In this document: in pieces, positions 10,154 to 19,872 of the stretch | Layout of the letters: each line of letters opens with the position of its first letter | Numbering within the stretch: the stretch's first letter is position 1 | From: Trichomonas gallinae | Taxonomy: Eukaryota | DNA: 32,178 bases | Direction of reading: 5' to 3' | Assembly: GCA_008369845.1 (NCBI GenBank) | Contig: MRSU01010857.1 | Span: 1-32,178 of the forward strand | Notes under the pieces: model-generated | The model's database searches: none | Seen by the model: the letters and a program-made list of their open reading frames with translations, nothing else | Told to the model about the DNA's origin: nothing | Translations under genes and position numbers: made by a program

Positions 10154-10594
10154 AGATTTCTTTATCATAATATTGAAATATTCGGATATATAATATTAAA
10201 AATGATATTTATTTTTAATTTTAGCAAATAACGTATTATTATCTAGATTTAAATGATTCCTATATCATAATAATCTATATCAATATAGTTTTACTTTTTC
10301 AAAATAATATTATGCATAAATATCCTTTTATTCATAGAATACAAAAGATCTATTATTTTTGTCAATTTACTTGACAAAAATGAATATTTCAAATATTTAT
10401 GTCACAAATTTATTGTTTTACATGAAAAATTTTAATTATAAAATCAAAAATTATGTAAATATTAGAACTTAAAGCTTCTAATTTTGGGTATATTCGTATT
10501 AATTATTTTGCATTCTAATATATCAAAATCATTGAACATAGTTTATTTGAAGAATTTTTTGACTTTACGTGTCAAAAAATTATTATAAATATAT

Positions 10595-11923
10595 ATGCAT
10601 GATGAATATAAAGACACAACGGATTTTGGATCTCAAAAACAAGATCAAATAAGTGTTGATCGAGTTTCTGTGAGTGCTAATAAGGATCAAATAGATTTTG
10701 CTCTAAATTGCATCATTGCAGGAAATTCTGTTAAAGAAAACTTTGAATTTATCTGTGCAAATCTCATAAATACCGATCTTTTCTTAGAAGAATTCAACAA
10801 TCCTCAATTTTTCAATTGCGTTGTGGAAATAATTGCAGATAATGCATTTGAATGTGGAATTCTCTGCCTAAAAACAGTTCAACAGATAATTAAACTTCCT
10901 GGGGCTGCTGACTCAATATTTAATAATGAAGAGTTAATTAGTATGCTCATTCACTTGTTTGACACAATAGATGACCGAGAATTGGAAGTTAGATGGGAAA
11001 TAGTTAATCTATTTTATATTTTCTCAAAAATCTCGAAAGATAATATTGAAATTCTTATTAATTTGTACTGTTTTGAGTCTATTAACAAATTATTGCTATC
11101 ATCAGACAGTAGTGATTTAAATGAGAGAGTTCTTGACTTGTTAATAGAGTTTTGCGATCAATATTTTGATTTAATAGTGTTTCAACTACTGCAATTCATT
11201 CCACATATATACCATAGCATTGTAGATGCTAATCTTAACATTAGACAAAAAAGCTTAATTATATTAAGAAAAATGTTATTTAATCCAATTTTATTTCAAA
11301 AGTGCAGTGAATTGGACATGCAAAATCAGTTAATAGAAGCAGCAAAATGCGATTTACCCAAAAATGACGAAAATTTATTTACTTGTGTTTATTACTTTAT
11401 CGAAAATGGATTTACGAACTGTTTTGCAGCAGACAGCTTCATCAATACTTTATTCTGGCGCATTCATAGCTACAGACATCAAGATATTTTATATAACATT
11501 AGAACTTCAATTCTTATTATTTACAAATTGACTGATAAATTCTCGGAGCTTCTTGAAAGTCATAAAATTTACGAGGAGTTGGTTGATGTTTTCTTTAATA
11601 GCGAGATATTTGAAAACAGGCTTTGGTCTATCAAAACATTATACAAATATTTGAATCTTTGCGATTATGACTTTGTTATACAATATTGTGATCGTTTAAT
11701 TCCTGATACAATTGAATTTTTGGAGTCTGTTGATGATTTGGGATTAATAGATATAATAACAGTATTCAACAAGCTTTTAACAAACACTCCTGAAGTTTAT
11801 GTGCAGAGAATGCTTGATTATGAAGCTCCAGATGCAGTTGACTCGCTTGAACCATCGGAATTATATATTATAGATCATGCAATTGAGCAATTCTTATCAT
11901 TTTTCGAGAAACAAGAATTATAA
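10595..11923 (+). CDS. Hypothetical 442-aa ARM/HEAT-repeat-like protein
   Basis: Long acidic Leu/Ile-rich ORF with ARM-like helical motifs (EVRWEIVNLF, NIRQKSLIILRKM, FENRLWSIKTL). Confidence 0.75.
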   Translation: MHDEYKDTTDFGSQKQDQISVDRVSVSANKDQIDFALNCIIAGNSVKENFEFICANLINTDLFLEEFNNPQFFNCVVEIIADNAFECGILCLKTVQQIIKLPGAADSIFNNEELISMLIHLFDTIDDRELEVRWEIVNLFYIFSKISKDNIEILINLYCFESINKLLLSSDSSDLNERVLDLLIEFCDQYFDLIVFQLLQFIPHIYHSIVDANLNIRQKSLIILRKMLFNPILFQKCSELDMQNQLIEAAKCDLPKNDENLFTCVYYFIENGFTNCFAADSFINTLFWRIHSYRHQDILYNIRTSILIIYKLTDKFSELLESHKIYEELVDVFFNSEIFENRLWSIKTLYKYLNLCDYDFVIQYCDRLIPDTIEFLESVDDLGLIDIITVFNKLLTNTPEVYVQRMLDYEAPDAVDSLEPSELYIIDHAIEQFLSFFEKQEL

Positions 11924-12524
11924 TGAACTATTTTATGTTATAATTTTTATGCAATTTTGAAAATATTCAAATTACGTAATTTTCATGCTAATGTAACTAA
12001 TTACATTGAACCCAATGATCTAATAATCGAGTTAATAGCTATAATAGAAGTATACAACATATTCTTATTTACATTTTTAATTTGAACAAATTATAGAATA
12101 AAATATCAGAAACTGTTTGTTGATTTAAGTGCTATAATCGATAATAAATATTATCTATATGCAACTCATCTGAGATATGAAGTAGAGAAGCAATGAGATT
12201 TAGAATTAGATCTTTCATCAAAGCATGTGTTCCTTATATGGATAACCCCACTTTTCATAATATATAATATATGTAATTTCAATATTTTATTATCAAAAAT
12301 TTTCTTTTTAGGGAATAAATTCATTTTGGACATTGTAAATAATATATCTCATTTCATGCAATATGATAACATAGCCGTAAGACATGTTTTCGGTTTTTTC
12401 ATCAGTGGGAAATTCATAATTGATTTTAAGCCTTATTTTATTGATAATGGTTATGGTCATTTTAAAGACATACCAAAAACAACATTATTTTCGAAAAATG
12501 AAAATCGATATAAAAATGCTTTAC

Positions 12525-12533
12525 AAAACGATA
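12525..12533 (+). promoter_or_regulatory. Myb-recognition-element (MRE-1-like) AAAACGATA upstream of Rab gene
   Basis: Fits the ANAACGATA element described for the T. vaginalis ap65-1 promoter, about 95 nt upstream of ATG. Function here is untested. Confidence 0.35.
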
Positions 12534-12612
12534 AGACATCAGAAAACGCAAAACATGATATTTCTTAACTACAAGACTAAAGAAGCAAATTCGAAACAAA
12601 ATTTTGTAGTTG

Positions 12613-12618
12613 TCACTT
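12613..12618 (+). promoter_or_regulatory. Inr element TCACTT of Rab gene
   Basis: GTCACTTTT; Inr ends 10 nt before ATG 12629. Confidence 0.7.
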
Positions 12619-12628
12619 TTTTAAAAAT

Positions 12629-13219
12629 ATGAGTTCGGTCATTAGCTATAAGTTCATCATCATTGGCGCGAGTGGCGTTGGTAAGACTGCCATTCTCAAG
12701 CGCCTCGTTGAAGATACATTCTCTGAAGAGTCACAATCAACAATCGGCGTTGAGTTCGATTCGACAATGTTAACAATCGACGGTAGAAAGGTCAAACTGC
12801 AGATTTGGGATACAGCAGGACAGGAGAGATTCAGATCAATATCGAAAGCTTACTATAGAAATGCTGTTGGCGTTATTCTCGTTTTTGACCTTACAGAGAG
12901 GAAGACATTCGAAGATCTTACATCATGGCTTAACGATGTTCACACACTCTGCGATCCTAACTGTGTTATTCAACTTATCGGCAACAAATCCGATCTGACA
13001 GATTCTCGCGTTATTTCCCTTGCAGAGGCCGACGCTTTTGCACAGAGAAATCATATGCATTACCTTGAGACGTCAGCGAAATCAGGATCTTGCATCTCTG
13101 AGGCTTTCACTCGCTGCGCCGCTGAAATTATTTCAAAGGGACTCAAGGCATCCAATAGTAATGTTGATAAGACTCCTCTCATGCCAGACCAGGGCAACAA
13201 AGAAGGATGTAATTGCTAA
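12629..13219 (+). CDS. Rab family small GTPase
   Basis: GASGVGKT, TIGVEF, KLQIWDTAGQERFRSI, YYRNA, GNKSD, ETSAK, and C-terminal CxC prenylation motif (CNC). Confidence 0.97.
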   Translation: MSSVISYKFIIIGASGVGKTAILKRLVEDTFSEESQSTIGVEFDSTMLTIDGRKVKLQIWDTAGQERFRSISKAYYRNAVGVILVFDLTERKTFEDLTSWLNDVHTLCDPNCVIQLIGNKSDLTDSRVISLAEADAFAQRNHMHYLETSAKSGSCISEAFTRCAAEIISKGLKASNSNVDKTPLMPDQGNKEGCNC

Positions 13220-13290
13220 GAATAAAATATTTATATTTTTCTTTCAAATAAAAATCAAAAAATATTAAACTACAATGTTTAAAAATACGT

Positions 13291-14535
13291 CTATAGATCA
13301 TTAAAAACACTATTTTGGAGAATCTGGTCCTGGTAGTACTGTATTTCACGAAGCCACTGCTCGAAAAGATTATTGTCGAAAACAGATGGACAAACGTGTG
13401 GCAAACCTAGAAGAATGTCCAAATGTGTCCTTGTCTTCTGCAATGCTTCAAGTGTATGTATTTCTGGATAGCAAATCAAACGAAGTCTGAGGGTATGTTG
13501 TACAGGGTTGGGGTTTTTAAGGCCAAATATCATGATATCATTGGTTAGTTTCTTGAAAATGCCGAAGTCAGCAAAACCTGATCGGTGCGTTGCTGATGCC
13601 GCCTGGAAAAAGATGATTTTATAGCTTGCATATGTATTGGAGACCTCTCCTTCATGTACGTGGCCGAAAATTGTCTGCCAGATATGATCTGTTGAATTAT
13701 CTGAATTAATACGGCGTAAATACTCATCACGTTGCGTCTTATATTCAGTAATGTTGTAATTTACCCTCTTGTACTCGTTTTTCGCATTGATCCAATTCTC
13801 ATGTTCAGGAAAATCCTGCATCGCTTTTAATTTGCCCATGAAGTCAGAAGGTCTGTCTGCACGCCTTTCTGATATATATCTTTCAAGTAATTTGTTGAAT
13901 TTCGCTTTCTGTAAATCAAACCATTTATATTCTTGGATTCGTCTAACTTTTCTGACTATTTCATCATCAATTTGATACACTGCATCATCTTCACCCATTT
14001 CTTCATCATCTGAAATTCGTTTAGTCAGTTTTTGCAATTTATGATTTATAAATACTTCTTTTTCTCGTTTGAGTTGCTCTTCCGTCGGGATTTTATATCC
14101 AAAATAGTTGTATAAAAACTCTCTAAGAGCTTTCTTTGCAGATTTTTTCTTTATGTAGCTGAAATCTTTTAATTTGTATAAATTTGCGAGAATATCACTT
14201 GTCTCTGTTAGATTTTTTGTTATTTCGTTGTATAAAAGCTGTGCAGTTGTACTGTATCCGGATCTTTTAATGATTGCACTACGAAAAACATCAGCGAGTC
14301 TCTTTTTGTCACGTTGTGATAATTGATGTCCACAGGTGTTGTTGCACTTAAATGTTGGGTCAATAAATTCATCTGAGCCGTCACAGCAGTCACAAATGTG
14401 ATCGTTCAATGAATCAACAGATATTTTCTTATCCTGATTGAAGCACTTAAATGTCATGTGGTCATAGTCAAAGTGCTTCTGTATAGATCCAGAATATTCG
14501 CTGGGATCAAAAAGAGTAATAACTAAGAACAACAT
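13291..14535 (-). CDS. Glucosidase II beta subunit-like (PRKCSH-like) ER protein
   Basis: Hydrophobic N-terminus, LDLa-like LNDHICDCCDGSDE..CNNTC, coiled-coil/acidic middle, degenerate MRH-like C-terminus, terminal NDL resembling an ER-retrieval signal. Confidence 0.8.
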   Translation of the reverse strand: MLFLVITLFDPSEYSGSIQKHFDYDHMTFKCFNQDKKISVDSLNDHICDCCDGSDEFIDPTFKCNNTCGHQLSQRDKKRLADVFRSAIIKRSGYSTTAQLLYNEITKNLTETSDILANLYKLKDFSYIKKKSAKKALREFLYNYFGYKIPTEEQLKREKEVFINHKLQKLTKRISDDEEMGEDDAVYQIDDEIVRKVRRIQEYKWFDLQKAKFNKLLERYISERRADRPSDFMGKLKAMQDFPEHENWINAKNEYKRVNYNITEYKTQRDEYLRRINSDNSTDHIWQTIFGHVHEGEVSNTYASYKIIFFQAASATHRSGFADFGIFKKLTNDIMIFGLKNPNPVQHTLRLRLICYPEIHTLEALQKTRTHLDILLGLPHVCPSVFDNNLFEQWLREIQYYQDQILQNSVFNDL

Positions 14536-15155
14536 TTTTTACAGACATAAGGTTATTTTTCACAGTGAAGAAACCGAAACCTTATTAGATGTATATGAAG
14601 CAGATAAATTTCGTAATTCTGATCCTTGTCAAAATGTGGTTTGACAGAATCGTTATGACGGTTTATTGATGGTTTTGGTTGAGGAATATGGTATTTTAAG
14701 AGTTTTGGCATTCGAACGTTTTGGTTTTAAGTCATATTTCATTTTCAATGTAATACTTATCGTTTTACGATTATTATTTATTCAAATTAATAACCTTTTT
14801 TAATACTAACGCGCCCGTAAAAGTTTATTGCGTGTTTTTTAATATTATCAGTCAATGATTTATTATTCGTGCAACGATTATTTTTAATTCAAAATTGAAA
14901 TCTTCAGAAATGAAAATAATAATAAAATTGTAAAACTGATATTTTGTAAAACTTTTTATTTGAATTAATTTTTGTCATATTTTGTCAATATAAGAATAAA
15001 GTGTTGAGAATGATTTGATCATATATAATGAGACTTGGCTCCACAAATATTATATTCCGAGTCAAATCTACATGCAGTAAACTTCCTCATCTAATATGAG
15101 CCTAAACTTTTATGTTAAAGATAAATCTGACATTTATCATTGTCTGACATGTAAA

Positions 15156-15234
15156 ATTTATTTACATGATGATATGATTTATTTCACATGAAGGCATTTA
15201 GCTATATGTGCATTATATTGCTGATTAAATAAAT
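15156..15234 (+). ncRNA. Candidate box C/D snoRNA
   Basis: ATGATGA (15166-15172) and CTGA (15221-15224), flanked by a perfect 9-bp inverted repeat ATTTATTTA/TAAATAAAT. AT-rich, so could be chance. Confidence 0.25.
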
Positions 15235-16156
15235 GATATACGGTATCAAAACCATAGTTATAAAAGTTTATAAACTTATATTGCAGATGAGTGGCTGTAT
15301 AATTTGTGCTGCAATTATAATGATGATAACAATGATATATGCAAAATAAATTGCTATTTCTAGATCTACATTTAATATGAATAATATGAAATACAATATT
15401 CTATACTGTATATGAATATTTCTAGAGCTATAACTCACAAATATTCAAGTATTATGATTAAAATGCTGAAAAGATTTAAAGAAGGAATTTGACCACAATA
15501 TGTTAAAATCGAAATGTGGAATATGTACCATGCTACATACATCATATGCATGTAACATATGTTATGGAATTTATTTCAAAAATAAGAAAATAATCGAGAT
15601 TTGAGAAATGTAAGAAAAATTGAATTTTTTATTTAAAAATGATAGGAATTATGCATATTTGAGATATTTTGCCGATACATTATTGAAAAAATTCAAATTC
15701 TAACAAAAATTTCTGAGCAAATAATGCTAACAAGGTTGTTATTAAATATATGAATTATATATTTATCAATTTGAATTAGTCAATTATCTAATAAACATTG
15801 ACGATACAAAAAAAAATTATGAAAAAATATAATTGTCATCAATTTCAGGTTAAATATCATAGCTTTCTCTCGATAGATCAAAATTGTATAAAATTAGTAT
15901 TTTCTTGTGATTCTTTCAAAATGATATTAAGATTGTTGCAAAAAAAAAAAAAAATTGCGTCATCAGAAAAAAATTCACATTGAAACCAATTCTGATTTTT
16001 TCTCAAAACATAATCTAACGAATTTTGATTTTTGATTGTAAATTATTAATGTATATGTCAGAAGGCTACAATGCTTACGAAAAAAAAACAATAAAATTGT
16101 TTTGAAAGCTATTTTTGAGGATCCATTCAAAAAAAAAATCATGTCAAAATCATCCT

Positions 16157-17398
16157 ATGATAGGCGGTGACATGCTTCTAGAGGACTACAAATTCACCGT
16201 TGGCTCACAGAGAGAGCTTTTCGCGGTGGATACTAAGCCTGTTTCATGGTTTGGCGCTGTTAGCATCATTCTATGCCTAATGTGCGCCTATGATTCGCAA
16301 ACTATGGACTGGATGTACAGCATTGGCATAGTAAATTCATTAATAGCATGTGGGCTTGCTATGTTCATGAATGTTTTCGCTTCTGCGCTTTTCGTTAGGA
16401 CATGGAGATTTAATTTCGGCACACAATACGCTGATATATTCTACGACATATTTGGCTTTGGTAAGATTATAGTCAGGATCATTTACCTCATTACATTAAT
16501 ATATTCTGCACTTACAACATTGATGGTCGGAAAAGATACAATTCAATTGCTTGTTAAGGATCGACTTGGTCTTAATACTGTTCTCTCTAACCATTACTTC
16601 GTATACTACGTGATTGTGCCTGTTTTTATTCTTCCTTTCGTTGCTGTGAAGAAATTTTCTGCACTTAGTCCTTATTTCCTTGTTGGTAACATTGCATTAA
16701 TGATTGTTATAGCCACTTCCGTTTACTTCTTCGTTACTTCATACAAAGCTGATGGATTCGATCCAGAAAAGAAATTCGTTATTATATCGAATGATTTTTG
16801 GGGGACAGTTAATGGTTACAGTGCTTGGTCTGTTGTCTTCTGGGCACAACCTTTCCTTTGCAATGTCGCTCAGTTCCTTCCTAACACAAAACAAAAATCA
16901 ATAATTAATGTTATGATTGTAACAACATTCGTTTGTGCATTCATTAACATACTAATGTCATTATGTTATCATTTTATATTCTGGGGAAGTTGTGACAGCA
17001 ATGATTTCCTTAGCTGCGTTCCACAACTAAATTGGTTTACTTTTGTAGGCCAGCTTGGTTCTATTTTTAATTGTCTCATTACATCTAGTGGTTATATCAT
17101 CCTTGCTTCCAGAGAATTCATATTTATGTTCCATGATAATGTTTCCGCTTTTACAATGTTCATTGGTGACATTGCTATGATTTTCTTGTGCTCACTCCTT
17201 ATCGTATACTATTCGAACTCAGGAACATATATAATCGACTTAATTGGCAAAATTACGTTTATGATAATGGCTTCTATTCTTCCGCCAGTACTTTATCTAC
17301 GAGCTTTCAAGATCAATGGACTTTGGGGAATATTTGCCCTTATTTATTTAATTGTAGCTCTTGTTTTAGTCGCATTGATTATTAAGGTTACAATCTAA
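16157..17398 (+). CDS. Amino-acid transporter (AAAP/Aa_trans, APC fold), about 11 TM
   Basis: About 11 hydrophobic segments, with motifs SWFGAVSIIL, YADIF..FG, ILPF..KKFSAL and ILPPVLYLR. First in-frame ATG is 16157 (ORF-track start is TTG). Confidence 0.8.
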   Translation: MIGGDMLLEDYKFTVGSQRELFAVDTKPVSWFGAVSIILCLMCAYDSQTMDWMYSIGIVNSLIACGLAMFMNVFASALFVRTWRFNFGTQYADIFYDIFGFGKIIVRIIYLITLIYSALTTLMVGKDTIQLLVKDRLGLNTVLSNHYFVYYVIVPVFILPFVAVKKFSALSPYFLVGNIALMIVIATSVYFFVTSYKADGFDPEKKFVIISNDFWGTVNGYSAWSVVFWAQPFLCNVAQFLPNTKQKSIINVMIVTTFVCAFINILMSLCYHFIFWGSCDSNDFLSCVPQLNWFTFVGQLGSIFNCLITSSGYIILASREFIFMFHDNVSAFTMFIGDIAMIFLCSLLIVYYSNSGTYIIDLIGKITFMIMASILPPVLYLRAFKINGLWGIFALIYLIVALVLVALIIKVTI

Positions 17399-17638
17399 TA
17401 TATGTTTTAATTCCAGATTTGTAATTGTTTGATGTATAAATGTTGAATTATCATGAAGATTTTTCTCTAATTTAAAATTTTTTTTATCAAAATATATTTA
17501 TTCAAAATGCCTGTCATAAATCGAAGATATCAGTATGATATAAGCTACCATTATCATATATTATCAATTAAAATATATAATAAAAAAATATCAAAATAAA
17601 GAATATACACACATACATTTAAATTAGAAATATAGAGA

Positions 17639-18610
17639 CTAAATGTCTTCTAAATCAGTATTGTCGTCATCGTCATCAGTATCAAAATATTTCGTTGAAA
17701 AATAAATAATTGGGTTTCTGAACCGTTCCGAGTTGCTCCGAGATATAGTGGGAGCAGAGACTTGTTCCTCGCTTTGATCACTAAATTGAAAATCATATGA
17801 AGTGATTTTTGGCTTTATTTTCTTTTCTTCGATAACTGGTGGGGTTTCTATTGGTTCTTCTGGTAAATCCTGGTCTATATCTGAAATATCTAATATATTT
17901 TCATTAATTTTTTCTGTCTTAATCTCTGGTATATTTTCAGGGGGCAGCTGCTCGGTCTTATTTTCCTCCTTCTTTGTATTTCTTTCTGCCTTCATCATTT
18001 TAAGATTTGGCAAAAATAACGTTTTTGTCTTGGGTTTTGGCGTGGGCGCTTCCTTGTAGGAGTCTTGTATCTTTTCCTGTAAATTGTCGCTTTCTTCACG
18101 AGAAAGTTGGACGAAATCAGAATCCCACTTTCTGGGAGGCCAGAAAGTTGGAACAACATTTTCTTCCAACTGTACTTTGTAATTTAAGAGAGCGTGCATT
18201 TCGGATTCATCCAAATTGTTAGTATCCACTGATTTTGAGATATGTAAAGGATTTTCTTGTTTAATACCTCTTAAGTAATCTCGTTCGTTGAGTTCGATTT
18301 GGAAATGCCTCATTCTCATATTCTGCTCTTCCAAAATCCAATTTGGTGTAGAAATAGTTCTCTTAATTTTGTGATGTATAGGAATTGTCGGGAGAATTGT
18401 TTCTTCAATAGGCGTAGAATTTGATGGTTGTGTCGATAATTGCTCCGCTATCGGAGAAGAAGGAACTTGATCGTCGATTTCATTTTTGATCTTAACTTCT
18501 TTCGGCTCTTCTTTCACGGGCGGTGGTGCTGGCTGTTTGGGCTTGACTTTCATGAAGAAGGATTCTATTGAGCGTTGATTTTTTATCGGCGCAATTTTTC
18601 CTTTCCTCAT
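17639..18610 (-). CDS. Orphan low-complexity 323-aa protein with N-terminal PCNA-interacting (PIP) box
   Basis: QRSIESFF at aa 12-19 fits Qxx(I/L/M)xxFF. The rest is P/E/K-rich with an acidic C-terminus. Confidence 0.75.
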   Translation of the reverse strand: MRKGKIAPIKNQRSIESFFMKVKPKQPAPPPVKEEPKEVKIKNEIDDQVPSSPIAEQLSTQPSNSTPIEETILPTIPIHHKIKRTISTPNWILEEQNMRMRHFQIELNERDYLRGIKQENPLHISKSVDTNNLDESEMHALLNYKVQLEENVVPTFWPPRKWDSDFVQLSREESDNLQEKIQDSYKEAPTPKPKTKTLFLPNLKMMKAERNTKKEENKTEQLPPENIPEIKTEKINENILDISDIDQDLPEEPIETPPVIEEKKIKPKITSYDFQFSDQSEEQVSAPTISRSNSERFRNPIIYFSTKYFDTDDDDDNTDLEDI

Positions 18611-19369
18611 ATTTTTATTTATGCCGCCAAAAATTTTTCATTTGACAAAAAAAAATTTTACAATGACTTTTTTCTATCGATAGGCTAATTTTCAGCATAT
18701 TTTTTGAATTTACGATTGTCGGATTTTACGGGCGTGATATCATTCGAAAACTCACCAAATAATTTATTATATGTTATAGAATATATTTTAATTTGACAGA
18801 TTTTGAATTTGGTAAATTTTGTAATGAAAAATTTATATATTTTTTTAGATTTTTTGTTTTTTTACTTAAATGTGATTAAAATTTCGAGTAATTAAATAAT
18901 GTTTTATACTTCTTTTTAGAATTTAAATTTGAAAACATTGACAAAAGCATTTTATGTCGAGTTTTCGAAATTTGCATATTAATTGTTACAATAAGAGACT
19001 AAATTCAAGCATAAAATATGTTTTATTCTGCTATCTAACTCCAACACAGTGAGTTCTGATGATCAAAACCATAGATTCAAAAAATCACTGAAATAATACA
19101 ATTAGGAAACTAATGTTTTATTTTACATAAAATTTTCAGTCATTCCTACTGCAATAAATCAAATACTAACAATATATTCTCGTATAACGAATCAAATTCC
19201 TGAATTGAAACAAAAATGCATAAAGTTTCTCATAATTGAACCACATGACTATGCTTATTGTATTTTATTCCTTTCATCAATAATATTTTAACTGATTCCT
19301 CTTTAAATAAAGTATATAATAATTGCTAATATAATTTTTTTTTTTTTAATATAAGATATTTATTGAAAT

Positions 19370-19795
19370 ACGAGCTAAACACAACAATAAATAATGATTT
19401 GATATCATGTTTTCTATAAACAATTCGCTATATTAAGTTGTTAGAATGCAAAGTTGTTTATTTTAATATTATGGACTAAATACAACAATCATAATCATAT
19501 CACATAATACGAAAAGTTGAATTTAATAACTTGTATTCTAAAGGAATTCTTCATAACAAATTTTGTGCAAAATGTATTCAATACATATGTATCTTTAACA
19601 TCAACAACGCTTGCATTGTTTTTGACAAGACCGCAGAAGAAGTAATTGACATTGTAATCAATTTTTTCGAGTCCCAACACGGCTTCTATATTTATTATGA
19701 TATCTTTCAATTATTATCTTGCACATGAATTTATTTTACTCCATTCGAAAGCATCAACTGAAATATAATAATGATTTTCAGGAATATCATCATTT
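19370..19795 (-). pseudogene. BspA-like relic, internally deleted copy (N-terminal fragment fused to C-terminal region)
   Basis: About 19560-19670 matches the 3' part of the adjacent BspA gene (DYNVN.FF..LVKNNASVV.VK.TY..NTFCTK). 19675-19795 matches its 5' part (21535-21660). Extra 3'-end fragments lie at 19370-19415 and about 19475. Confidence 0.85.
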
Positions 19796-19872
19796 CGAAA
19801 TAGTTAGTTCTAAAATAATTTTGATTTTTAATTTTAATTCTAAATAACACACTATGAAATGAAAGAACAATC

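Noticed and set aside
12227..12632. 113-aa and 70-aa ORFs upstream of Rab
   Set aside because: Non-ATG starts and F/I/N/K-biased translation of AT-rich promoter DNA.
19056..19092. TGATGA...CTGA pair as a C/D snoRNA
   Set aside because: Only about 35 nt long with no terminal stem.
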